Assembly (NCBI GenBank): GCA_951406725.2
Contig: OX597817.1
Span: 96,534,001 to 96,598,000 of the forward strand
Reading direction: 5' to 3'
DNA: 64,000 bases
Source: Octopus vulgaris
Taxonomy: Eukaryota
In this document: positions 1-11,703 of the stretch, piece after piece
Numbering within the stretch: the first letter of the stretch is position 1
Layout of the letters: each line of letters opens with the position of its first letter
Notes under the pieces: model-generated
Seen by the model: the letters and a program-made list of their open reading frames with translations, nothing else
Databases searched by the model: none
Told to the model about the DNA's origin: nothing
Program-made: the position numbers and the translations under genes

Positions 1-248
1 CCCTAACTAGGTTTGTCATTCAGTCAGTGAAATTCAAGTGACAATAGAAGTGCAGAAAGTCCGAGATAGCTATTGGTGGATTGGCAATATTTGGTCAAGG
101 AAAGTCATGTGATGTTACAGTTTTAATATTGGTAGTAGAGTGACAGAAGATCCTTGAGAAAAAGGCCTCCTGGTGAACAGGAAATGGGTGGGGCAATGCA
201 ACTGGATCTATAGTTAAAGTAGTAGACATATGAACTTGTATGCACATA

Positions 249-1475
249 CGAGGGGCGTTCAATAAGTAATGCCTCTGACCCACTTGCAGTTGTTTGCTCT
301 AGCTGAAATTTTGCATGTGGTAAATTACAGCTCTGAACTAATTGTGGTTTCTGATTTACAGGTGTTTGAACTGAGTCAAGTGTGACACGGAGCCTGTTGA
401 GTGTCGAGCAGTGATGCGGTTTTTGTATTTGAAAGGACGCACACCGTGGGAGACTTTTGATGAAATAAAAGTAACTTATGGTGATGATGCCCCATCATAT
501 GACCTTGTAAAACGCTGGCATCGTGAATTCAAACATGGTCGGAACTTTGTGGAAACAGCTCCCAGATCTGGTCGCCCCCTTCTGCCATTTTGGAAGATCG
601 ACGCATAACTATTCGCCAAATAGCCCATGAGGTCAAGATTAGTACCGGGTCTATGGAAACTATCATTCATGACCATTTGCATATGTAAAAGGTGTCTGCC
701 AAATGGATTCCCAAGTTGCTCACACCTTTCCAGAAGCAAGAACGCGTCGATTGCGCGAGGATGAATTTGAAGATGTGCCAGGAAGATGAGTCAAATTTTT
801 TCAAAAGACTGATTACACAGGATGAAACCTGGGTCCATCACTATGATCCAGAGACCAAAGCCCAGTCAATGCAGTGGAAGCACCGTGACTCACTTCCTCC
901 AAAGAAGGCAAGGGTGCAGCCCTTTGCTGGCAAGGTCATGCTCACAGTCTTCTGGGACCAGGACGGAGTAGTGATGACAGATTTCCTGGCAAAGGGTGCC
1001 ACAATTACAGGAGTCTATTATGCTTCACTTTTGAGGAAATTAAGAGAAGCTATCAAAATCAAGAGGCGGGGCAAGATCAGCAAAGGCATCCTCCTCCTGC
1101 AGGACAACGCTCCGATCCACAACTCGCGTGTCGCCAGATCAGAAGCACAAGCGTGTGGCTATGAACTCATCCCCCATCCCCCAAACTCTCCTGACCTTGC
1201 ACCCTCTGATTTTCACCTCTTCCCAGCCATGAAGTTGTTTTTGAAAGGAAAGCGTTTCCCAGATGATGCAGCCTTGATTTCTGAAGTCACATCGTGGTTG
1301 GAGGACCAAGCTGGGGTCTTCTACAAAAACGGTCTTCAGAGCTGCATCAAACGATGGGGGAAATGCGTAACACTGGGTGGTTTCTATGTAGAAAAAGACT
1401 AATAACTGTGCCAAGTTTCGTTGCTCTACTGCTATGGGAAGTGGGTCAGGGGCATTACTTATTGAACGCCCCTCG
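249..1475 (+). mobile_element. Mariner (DD34D) DNA transposon, near full length
   Basis: Terminal inverted repeats CGAGGGGCGTTCAATAAGTAATGCC at 249 and its reverse complement ending at 1475; TA target duplication at 247-248 and 1476-1477. Confidence 0.95.
411..1402 (+). pseudogene. Mariner transposase, disrupted near 580-690
   Basis: HTH-like N-terminus (411-608), then WIPKLL, TQDETW, LQDNAP, HPPNSPDLAPSDFHLF motifs (692-1402). Confidence 0.93.
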
Positions 1476-1477
1476 TA

Positions 1478-1870
1478 TATGTGCACATATATGAATGCAT
1501 GTATAAGATTGTGTGGATATAAGCATGTGTGCATGCAGATGTAAGCATGCATATGTGTGTGCATGTATGTGTTTGTGCAGATGTGTGAGTGCGTATGTAT
1601 AATGTATGTGTGTATGTATTTATATGTATGCATGTGTGTATATGAATGTGCATGTATGTATAAGATTGTGTAGATATATACCTGTGCATGCATACAAATG
1701 TGTGTGTATATATGCATGCATATGTCTGTGTGTGTGCATGTATGTGTTTATGCAAATGCATGAGCACATACATATGTCTGTGTGTGTATTTGTATGTATG
1801 CAGGTGTGTGTGTGTGTACATGCATATATGTATCTGTGTGCATGTATACTGGTGTGTGTGAGCATTTACA
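1478..1870. repeat. Degenerate (TG/TA)n microsatellite
   Basis: Alternating purine-pyrimidine low-complexity tract; generates spurious His/Thr/Tyr and Val/Cys ORFs. Confidence 0.9.
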
Positions 1871-2795
1871 AAGTGTGTGGATTTGTGGGTGATCAGGCAT
1901 ACACAGGCATTGGGGGTTGGTTGTTATCAGCTCTGCTCATGGGGGTTGGTAACAGTGACCTTAGTGCAGCTGATGCAGAAGAGCAGCTGCTACTAAGGTA
2001 GTGTATCCATGTCGGTAGTCAGTGGTTTGAAGTTCACCAGAAGTGCATACCTCTGTTGACAGCAATAGGACAGATTGTACTTCCTGTTGATGGATACTGC
2101 AGGTTGGTAGAGGACATGCAGTATTTTGCAGAGGCAGAGCTGGCAATTACGAGCACCAGGTGAATATGATGACATCCTGTTAACAATAGTCCACTTGATG
2201 CTGGGTGTTTTATTGCAGAGGTCTTAAAGTCTCCAGAGAAAGTGTGACAAGGAAGTAGAGTTCTCTATTTCTCTGCAGCTGAGCAAGTGCATTTGCTGTG
2301 AGTATCTTCCCTTGAAATTATTGGCTATCATAGTCTTATAGTGCCTAGTAGTGCCATCGGATGGTATGAGGATGGCTTTGTAGACTACATCCCTAGAGAG
2401 GCAGGATCTTCCTAGGGGGCAGATGTTGGGGTCTCAGAAGTTGCAGGTTTGAGTTAGGGGTTGTGAGAGTGCATTTTTGCATATGTACATGCATGCAATA
2501 TTGGATGCAATGTTGTCTAAGCAGGAGTAGCTCACCTTGACATTGTGAGGGTTAAAGAGCTTTTAATAATTATGGCCTCTGTGGAAATGCTTCTTAATTA
2601 ATGACAAGAAGCCCCTGGCTACGTTGGTAAAAACTCCTAGGTTCAATGGGGTGGGGGTTGAACCAAATAATTTTTCTCTTCCTAATTCTTTTCTAATCCT
2701 CTTGGGGAGGGGGTTTGGGAGTCATCCACGTATGTGAGCTTCTCAGTGAACCCACTCCTAGCCAAAGCATCATTGTAATGGGAGGCGACCTTTAA

Positions 2796-3872
2796 CCCTT
2801 TCGTTACCAAACCGCCCGAAAAAAATTTTGGTTAATGTGACCAAGCCGCCCCAAACCGCCCGAATTTACCTATTCATATTTAAATGAGAATATCAGAGTA
2901 AATCTCTTTAGTACATTCGTGAAAACACGTATTATACTTCGTAAACAGTTCAACTACAGTTTTGTACAAAAATCGAAGTGTAATTTTAATTCCGTGAATT
3001 ATGGGAGATTTTTTTCCGAAATTTGTTCCTATTGTGTTTTCAAAATTTGTAATTCTGACAAAAAATGGATACAAATTTCATTATATCAAGCAGCGAGTCA
3101 GAATTCGAAGGATTTTCTACTGAAGACATTCATAAATCTAACTCTATGACTGAAAAAAAAAAGCATGTGGTATTTGATAATGAATCTGATGTTTCATTTT
3201 CCGAAAGTGAAAACAGTGAATCTGAGAGCTCCGACAGCGATAAAGAAAATGAATTGGCACCTGAATGGAGTGAAAATTTAAAAACTGTTTCTTTCGGTGA
3301 TTTTTCTGAAGAAACTGGACCAAGCCACAGACTTTCCCAGAAGAGTAAAGCCTTAAACTATTTCTTTTTACTTTTTCGAATGAGCCTATTTGAAATCATT
3401 ACGGCGGAAACGAACCATTACACTAAACGTAAACAAAGCGAAAGAAAGGATAGTTTGTTATTTCCCACAACCTTAAATGAAATTAAGGCCTATTTTGCCA
3501 TAAATATTATTATGGGTATCAGAAAGTTACCCAGAATAACAAATTCTATCGTAAAATTTTGTTGTATACCCAATTGAATATTAGCTAATAACCCATTTTC
3601 TATAGCGATGTTTGAACAAAACTTTAATAATTTTATATATTGTTGAATTTACCTGTATCTACCTGCAATTAGAGTCACTTTGTGACAAAAATTATAGTAT
3701 AGAATTGGTTGAGAACATTTCATTAAATTATCTTCCAAAATTCATGTTAATATATTGATAAATAAAAAAGTTACAGTTGTTTAATGAAACCAGACTAAAT
3801 TTATGATTACGTTAGGAATTAATTGAAACACATAAGGGGTGTATTTTGGTCAGAAATATAGTAACGAAAGGG
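2796..3872 (+). mobile_element. Non-autonomous piggyBac derivative
   Basis: 12-bp TIR CCCTTTCGTTAC / GTAACGAAAGGG; TTAA target duplication at 2792-2795 and 3873-3876. Confidence 0.92.
3065..3577 (+). pseudogene. piggyBac transposase N-terminal fragment
   Basis: Acidic Ser-rich N-terminus, then YFFLLF..IITAETNHY and EIKAYFAINIIMGI, typical of PGBD transposases; catalytic DDD region absent. Confidence 0.82.
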
Positions 3873-4164
3873 TTAAAGATATGCTTGTTGGCTTAATATC
3901 TGTCTGCTAATGCCTAAAACGAGGTTTCTAATTACAGCAGGGTGGTGGGGTGATTCGAGCTCTTGTGGATATATACCATTTCCTCATTAGGCTTCTTGTA
4001 GGGGTAGTACTTACCTGTGTTCAAGTCTAAAGTTACATTCCAAAAACTGACCATGGTCATATTGGTGGTAACTATTATGGACAGGCTGAGCTCTTTGAAT
4101 AGTTTTATCAAGTCCTATATATATGTGTGTGTTGTACATATATATATATATATGTGTGTGTGTG

Positions 4165-4748
4165 TATGATTTTGATTTTTCCAGTTTCAGCTTATGAGCT
4201 GTGGCCATGCTGGGGCACCGCCATTTGGTGTTGCTACTTGGTTTCACTTCATGAAGGCTTTCTAGCAACTGCTATTTGGTGCATGAGAGAGTTCGATGCA
4301 GCTGCCCTCATCTGCCCCTCCTGCCGTGAAGTTGGTTCATCTGGGACACCTGACAGGAAGAGATCCAGCTTCATTTTAAAGACATCTGTATCCACCCCAT
4401 GCAGGTCTCTCAGGTTCTTCGGGAGGATATTGAAGAGCTGTGGGCCTCGGAAGCCCAGGCTATCACAGAATCTTGTCCTACATCTTGATGGCAAGTTTGG
4501 AGTCCTAGGCACCACGCAGTGGCGCCCAGTTCTGGCATTTGCGTAACTCTCGATGCCAAAGTTCAGGACACTTCCCTCCAGGATCTTCCAGATGTATATT
4601 ATGGCATATCTTTCCCGCCTACGCTCCAGGGAATATAATTTTAATTTCTTGAGTCTTTCCCAGTAGCTTACATTCTGCATAGAGGCTATCTTCTTCGTGT
4701 AGCTACGTTGGATCGCCTCGAGCTCTGTGATCAACTTGACACTGGATG

Positions 4749-4750
<2 letters not shown>
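4165..4750 (-). mobile_element. 5'-truncated CR1-group LINE (3' end only)
   Basis: LYSLERRRERYAIIYIWKIL; closely similar to 14330-14900. Confidence 0.92.
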
Positions 4751-4796
<46 letters not shown>

Positions 4797-4834
4797 TACA
4801 TATATATAATTTATATATATGTGTGTGTGGGGGG

Positions 4835-5395
4835 GGGTGTCCAGAAAGTTTGTGCTAACTTTTAGTAGCTTACCTTTCAACTTATTTTAGAACATGGTTG
4901 AGTTCATAAAATAGGATTTGACTATACCTCTGTTTAGAGCACAGTTTAAGGTATCTTCGTGGAAGAAGGTTCATGTTCCTATAATCTGTGTTAATTCTGT
5001 AAACCTTTAAAATGGAAGATAAGAAAGTTCATTTTCAGCACTTGATGCTTTGGGAACCAGACAAAAATTGCTGCAGTTCGGCTGGGATGTGTTACCCCAC
5101 CCTCCATATTCATCAAATATTGCTCCTTCAGATTTCCACTCTTAAGGTCGCTGCAGAATAGTCTTAATGGTAAAAATTTCAATTCCTTGGATGATGTAAA
5201 AAGACACCTTGATGAATTCTTTGCCATGAAACCACCTTAGTTCTGGGAAGAGGGTATTTTCAAGTTAAAGGAAAGATGGAGACGCATTGTGCAACAAAAT
5301 GGTTCATATTTGGTTGATTAAAAATGTAATGGCAAGTATTTATTGACCTTTTTGTTTCCTTTAAAAATCAGCACGAACTTTCCGGACAACCTAAT
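4835..5395 (+). mobile_element. Internally deleted mariner relic
   Basis: Imperfect TIRs (GTGTCCAGAAAGTTTGTGCT / AGCACGAACTTTCCGGACAAC); HPPYSSNIAPSDFH motif at ~5098. Confidence 0.78.
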
Positions 5396-6194
5396 ATAAT
5401 ATACATACATATAATTTATATATATATAATTATATATATATATATAATTTATATATATATAATTAGATTAGATTAGATTAGTGCTTCATCATGGATTAGC
5501 AACCATTATATCAGCCTATGCCCCTCAGCCGGGGCTACCCGATGGACAGAAAGACCAATTCTATGACACCCTACTGCAGACTACCTCGTTGACGAACGAC
5601 AGAGACCTTCTCTTTGTGGTTGGTGACTTCAATGGTCACGTTGGACGACGTGCTGGGGGCTTCCATGGTGTACATGGGGGCTATGGTTATGGTTCCCGCA
5701 ACGAGGAGGGAACCAGGCTGCTGGAGTTCTGCGATGCAAATGATCTTATGGTTTGCAACACTAACTTCAGGAAACCTACCAGCCACCTAGTCACCTACCA
5801 ATCGGGCCGACATACCAGCCAAATTGACTACATCCTTGCCAGGAAAAGGGAAAGATGGCTGCTTATAAATGCCAAAACCTTCCCAGGTGAAGAATGTACC
5901 CCACAACATAAACTGGTAGTTAGCGACTTTAGGATCAGGACGACCAGAAGATGACCAACATGGAGAAGAAGGATCTGGAAGCTTAAAGATCCCGCGAATG
6001 GACAGAGACTTAGGGACATATTACTTGAAGCCTGTGACAAAGCAGAAGGGGATATAGCTTCACATGAGGTAGAAGACAACTAGAGGTTTCTAAGGGACAA
6101 CCTGCTGAGAGCCACGTGTAGCAGCATAATAGTCAACTGCTACAAAGGTAAGGGTGACGATTTAGATACAAATAATTACAGAGGTATCAAGCTG

Positions 6195-7553
6195 TTGGAT
6201 CAGGTAATGAAGGTTATGGAGAGGGTCATAGCCCAACTGATTAGGGAGAGAGTCAGCTTGGATGAGATGCAGTTTGGTTTTGTGCCAGGAAAAAGCACCA
6301 CTGATGCTATATTTCTGGTAAGACAGCTGCAGGAGAAATACCTAGCCAAGGATAAGCCCCTGTACCTGGCTTTCACTGACATGGAGAAAGCCTTTGACAG
6401 GGTCCCCCGATCCCTTATCTGGCGGTCAATGAGGAAACTAGGGATAGGTGAATGGTTTGTGAGAGCTGTGCAAGCCATGTACAGAGACACTGTAAGTAAG
6501 GTGAGGGTTAGCAACGAGTACACTAAAGAATTCAAAGTAGAGGTAGGGGTCGACCAAGGTTCAGTCCTCAGCCCCCTCCTATTTATCATAGTCCTCCAGG
6601 CAATAACGGAGGAATTCAAGACAGGATGCCCCTGGGAGCTCCTATACGCTGATGACCTTGCTCTAATTGCTGAGTCACTATCAGAACTAGAGGCAAAGTT
6701 TCAGGTGTGGAGACAAGGATTAGAATCGAAGGGCCTTAAAATCAACCTAGCTAAAACCAAAGTCTTAATATGTAGGAAGGCAGGCAAATCACAAACGCCT
6801 TCAGGTAGATGGCCCTGCTTGATCTGTAGAAAAGGCGTAGGTAGAAACTCTATAAGATGCACCAGGTGTAAGCTATGGACACATAAGAGGTGCAGCAATG
6901 TCAAAGGAAGGCTAATTGGGAAGATAGTTTTTGTATGTGGCAGATGCTCAGGAGCAATAAACACTGAAAATGCTCAGAGACCAACTTCCGCCACATTCCT
7001 GGGAGAAAAACTAGAAGTAGTTGATAGCTTCTGTTACCTAGGCGACCAAGTCAGTAGCGGGTGTTGGTGTGCTGAAAGTGTAACTGCTAGAGTGAGAATA
7101 GCCTGGGCAAAGTTCAGAGAGCTCTTACCTCTGCTGGTGACAAAAGGCCTCTCGCTCAGAACAAAAGGCAGACTGTATGACGCATGTGTACGCACAGCCA
7201 TGCTACATGGCAATGAAACATGGGCCGTGACTGCTGAGGATATGCGTAAGCTCGCAAGAAATGAAGCCAGTATGCTCCGATGGATGTGTAATGTCAGAGT
7301 TCATACTCGACAGAGTGTAAGTACCTTGAGAGAAAAGTTGGACCTAAGAAGCGTCAGTTGTGGTGTGCAAGAGAGACGTTTGCGCTGGTATGGTCATGTA
7401 GCGAAAATGGATGAAGATAGTTGTGTGAAAAAGTGCCACACCCTGGCGGTTGAGGGAACCTATGGAAGAGGTAGACCCAGGAAAACCTGGGACGAGGTGG
7501 TGAAGAATGACCTTCAAACTTTAGGTCTCACCGAGGAAATGACCAGAGACTGA
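6195..7553 (+). pseudogene. RTE reverse transcriptase frame (452 aa) with PHD-like Cys/His insert
   Basis: Open frame with the core RT motifs and a C-x2-C...C-x2-C-x4-H-x2-C...C-x2-C insert between KTK and FCYLG. Confidence 0.88.
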
Positions 7554-7756
7554 GACCTTTGGAAGTATGCTGTGCGTGGGAAGACCTGGCAGGACAAGTG
7601 AGACCACAACCCGTGGTCTCTACCTGGGACGTAGCCAGCCCACTTATGCATACCGTTCCTTCTTGTGACACAAACCCTACTTGTGAAGACCTGTTGAGGC
7701 AAGTGAAAATCGAAATCGAAATCTTTCAATATCAATGGAAATTGTAGCTGAGATAC

Positions 7757-7975
7757 CAGTGCCGGTGGCACGTAAGAGAACCATCCGAACGTGGCTGTTA
7801 CCTGCGCCGCCCCAACTGGCCTCCGTGCCGGTGGCACGAAAAAGCACCATCCGATTGTGGCTGTTGCCAGCTTCGTCTGGCCCCCGTGCCGGTGGCACGT
7901 AAAAAGCACCATCCAATCGTGGCTGTTTGCCAGCCTCGTCTGGCACCTGTGCAGGTGGCACATAAAAATCACCCA
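7757..7975 (+). repeat. RTE 3' UTR tandem array, 4 units of ~61-67 bp
   Basis: Repeated GTGCCGGTGGCACGTAAAAAGCACCATCC...GCCAG..CTGGC. Confidence 0.9.
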
Positions 7976-8264
7976 CTACACTCTCGGAGTGGTTGGCGTT
8001 AGGAAGGGCATCCAGCTGTAGAAACACTGCCCGATCAGACTGGGCCTGGCACAGCCTCCTGGCTTTCCAGACCCCAGTTGAACCGTCCAACCCATGCTAA
8101 CATGGAAAACGGACGTTAAACGATGATGATGATGATGATGATAATATTTATATGTATATATATGGGGGGGGTTGTACATGTATATATAATATTTATATAC
8201 ATATAATTTATATATATAATATATATATGTACATATGTATATCATATATATATATAAATAAATA

Positions 8265-8719
8265 AATGGAGATAAACGCAGATGTTAATCAAATCTTTAT
8301 ACTTCTGACATATGTTTCGAAGAAAACATTGGTATTATTCCAGAAGGAATATAATGATGTAAAACAATGCAATCTTCTCATCAGGGAAAGAAAGAGAAAC
8401 AAAATGCATCAATAAGACATTTTAACCAAATGTGATTACTACATATATGATGAAGGGAACACTGGTACATTGTTTTTAAAAAAAACCTGTTAATATATAT
8501 AACGTCAAAGGCAATTTATAGAAAGCAGAGGAAGAAGAAAGAAATTAGCAGAAAATTAAAACTAGAGAAATATAGTGTGATAGGTGAATAGGAATAAAGT
8601 TTAAAGGCATGGAAATAGATATATTTAGTGGAAGTGAAATGTAACATGACAGTTAATGGTCAAGTTTTATAGACTGGTAGAAATCACTTATAGGAACTAA
8701 AGGTATGTTTTCGCCAATC

Positions 8720-8720
<1 letters not shown>
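8265..8720 (-). mobile_element. Penelope pseudo-LTR fragment
   Basis: Homologous to 22410-22700, which lies downstream of a GIY-YIG ORF; contains a hammerhead core. Confidence 0.65.
8301..8390 (-). ncRNA. Type I hammerhead ribozyme-like motif
   Basis: Minus strand: CTGATGA-gaaga..tcttc-GAAAC-atat-GTC; helix I imperfect. Confidence 0.65.
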
Positions 8721-8767
<47 letters not shown>

Positions 8768-8792
8768 CTGTATAATTTATATGTATAATATA

Positions 8793-9195
8793 TACTCTTT
8801 ACTCTTTACTTGTTTCACTCATTTGACTGCGGCCATACCGGAGCACCGCCTTTAATCGAGCAACTCGACCCCGGGACTTATTCTTTTGTAAGCCCAGTAC
8901 TTATTCTATCGGTCTCTTTTGCCGAACCGCTAAGTAACGGGGACATAAACACACCAGCATCGGTTGTCAAGCAATGCTAGGGGGACAAACACACTCACAC
9001 AAACACACACACGCATATATATATATATATACATATATACAATGGGCTTCTTTCAGTTTCCGTCTACCAAATCCACTCACAAGGCTTTGGTCGGCCTGAG
9101 GCTATAGTAGAAGACACTTGCCCAAGGTTCCACGCAGTGAGACTGAACCCGGAACCATATGGTTTGGCAAACATGCTACTTACCACACAGCCACC
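8793..9195 (-). mobile_element. tRNA-derived SINE with CORE-like segment and CR1-group LINE-derived tail
   Basis: Minus strand: A box TGGCTGTGTGG, B box GGTTCAGTC, ACCTTGGGCAAGTGTCTT, internal microsatellite, tail GGCGGTGCTCCGGTATGGCCGCAG..TGAAAC. Confidence 0.85.
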
Positions 9196-9288
9196 CCCCC
9201 CCCCCCGTCTATATATTTAATATATTTGTATAATATATGTACATACATATACATATATATATATACATATGTATATATATATATATAT

Positions 9289-11703
9289 ATCATCATCATC
9301 ATCATCATCGTTTAACGTCCATTTTCCGCGCTAGCACGGGTTGGACGGTTCGACCGGGGTCTGGGAAGCCAGGGGCTGCACCAGGCTCCAGTCTGATCTG
9401 GCAGTGTTTCTACAGCTGGATGCCCTTCCTAACGCCAACCACTCCGCGAGTGTAGTGGGTGCTTTTTACGTGCCACCGGTACAGGTACCAGGGGAGTCTG
9501 GCATTGGCCACAATCGGTTGGTGCTTTTAACGTGCCACCGGCACGGAAGCCAGTCAAGGCGGTGCTGGCGTCGGCCATGTTCAGATGGTTCTTTTTATGT
9601 GCCACCGGCACAGAAGCCAGTCAAGGTGGCGCTGGCATTGGCCACGTTCGGATGGTGCTTTGTATGTGCACCGGCACAGAAGCCAGTCGAGGCGGTGCTG
9701 GCATCGGCCACGTTCAGATGGTGCTTTTTATGTGTCACCGGCACATGTATCACAACTACTATTTCCATTGATATTTATTTCTATGTTCATGTACTTGACT
9801 CAATAGGTCTCCTCAAGCACAGCGGGATGTTCTGGTATCCAAGGTACTTTGAATGGGCAGGGGCTATGCGGGACTGGTGCAGGAAGCAGCCCGGGTCTTT
9901 GCAGTCACAGCATATCTCCAGAGATCTCGGTCCTTTGTCATTGCCTCTGTGAGGCCCAACGCTCTGAGGTCATGCTTGACTACCTCATCCCATGTCTTCC
10001 TGGGTCTTCCTCTCCCCCTGATACCTTCAACTGTTTGGGAGCGGCACTTCTTCACACATCTCTGCTCATCCATCCGCAGTACATGACCATACCATCACAA
10101 GCGTCGCTCTTGCACACCACATCTGATGCTTCTTATGTCCAGCATTTCTCTCAGGGTGCTTACCCTCTGTCGTGCGTGCACACTGACATTACACATCCAG
10201 CGGATCATGCTAGCTTCATTCCTTTCAAGTCTACGCATGTCCTCTGCAGTCACAGCCCATGTTTCACTACCATGAAGCATGACAGTTCGCACACATGCAT
10301 CATACAATCTACCTTTCACTCTGAGCGAGAGACCCTTTGTCGCCAGTAGGGGTAGGAGCTTTCTAAACTTTGCCCAGGCTATTCGTATTCTAGTGGTGAC
10401 ACTCTCTGAGCATCCACCTCCACTACTAACCTGGTCACCCAGGTAGCGGAAACTATCAACTACTTCTAGTTTCTCCCCCTGGAGTGTGATGGAATCTGTT
10501 TTCTGAGTATCTGTGGTGTCTATTGTCCCTGTGCATCTGCCGCACATGAAAGCTATCTTATCAGTTAATTTCCCTTTGATGATGCATCCATAGCTTACAC
10601 TGGGTACATCTTATGGAGTTTCTACCTACGCCTTACCTACAGATCGAGCAGGGCCACCTGCCCGAGGTTGTGTGTGCTGAGTTCACCTTTCTGCTCACTA
10701 TAACTTTGGTCTTTGCTACATTTACTCTAAGGCCCTTTGATTCTAACCCTTGCTTCCACACCCGAAATTTCTTTTCGAGTTCCGGTAGTGATTCTGCTAT
10801 GAGAGCCAAGTCCTCAGCATAGAGGAGCTCCCAGTGGCAACCTGTTTTGAATTCCTCTGTTATTGCCTGGAGGACTATGATGAATAAAAGGGGACTGAGG
10901 GCTGAGTCTTGGTGTATACCTACTTCTACCCGGAATTCTTCACCATATTCGTTGCCTATTCTAGCCTTGCTGACAGCCTCTCTGTATAGGGCCTGTACAG
11001 CGCTTATTAGCCATTCGTCAATCTCCAGTTTCGGCAATGATTACCAGATAAGGGATCGGGGGACCCTGTCAAAGGCTTTCTCTAAGTCCACAAAAGCTAT
11101 GTAGAAGGGTTTAGCTATGTAGAAGGGTTTAGCTAGGTACTTCTCCTGCAGTTGTCGGACCAGGAATATAGCATCAGTGGTGCTTCTACCTGGCACAAAA
11201 CTGAACTGCATCTCATCTAAGCAAATTCTTTCCCTAAAGAGATGGGCTATGACCCTCTCTGAGACCTTCATCACCTGACCCAACAGTTTAATACCCCTAT
11301 AGTTATTTCTATCTAGAGCATCACCTTTACCCTTGTAGCAGTTGACTATGGTGCTGCTACGCCAGTCATTGGGTATGACTTCATTATGAACTACCTGGTT
11401 TACAATACGGGTGACTACGCCATAGCCCACATAACCAGATGTTTTAAGCATCTCAGCAGTGATTCCTGATGGGTCGGAGGCTTTACCTCATTTCATACCC
11501 TTAATTGCCTTAACTACAAGGGAGCTGTCTATTCGGATAGCTGGTCCCTCTACTGGGTCAACATTTGGCAGGCTCTCCTCCTCCCATTCATTCTCCACAT
11601 TCAGCAGTCTTTCATAATGGCTTCTCCAAGCCTCTTTCTTTTCACCATCATTAAAAGCGAGTGCCCCATCATCCATGCGGACACATTTCTCTCCTGTAAC
11701 ATC
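9289..11703 (-). mobile_element. RTE-clade LINE (second subfamily), 5'-truncated
   Basis: Minus frames: NYRGIKLL, DLEKAFD, YAED, FRYLG, RGRPRKTW; 3' UTR array; (GAT)n tail at ~9290; 18-bp duplication (AKPFYI twice). Confidence 0.93.
9457..9746 (-). repeat. RTE 3' UTR tandem array, 5 units of ~61-67 bp
   Basis: Five copies of GGTGCTTTTTACGTGCCACCGGCAC (with variants) on the plus strand. Confidence 0.88.

Larger units (their letters stand above)
1990..4075 (-). mobile_element. Penelope-like element, 3' part (RT thumb, linker, GIY-YIG), split by a piggyBac insertion
   Basis: Minus-strand translation: VTLDLNTGKYYPYKKPN..YIHKSSNHP (~3950-4050), KIIWFNP (~2660), YSPGARNCQLCL (~2130-2170); these match the other Penelope copies in the window. 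Confidence 0.8.
5481..8141 (+). mobile_element. RTE-clade LINE, 5'-truncated with internal deletion near 6117
   Basis: APE motifs (SAYAPQ, GDFNGHVG, QIDYIL, QHKLVV); RT motifs (QFGF, DMEKAFD, QGSVLSP, YADD); RGRPRKTW; 3' UTR with tandem array and (GAT)n tail. Confidence 0.95.

Noticed and set aside
1139-2001. His/Thr/Tyr and Val/Cys-rich ORFs (also 56312-56803, 57712-58128)
   Set aside because: Microsatellite translations.
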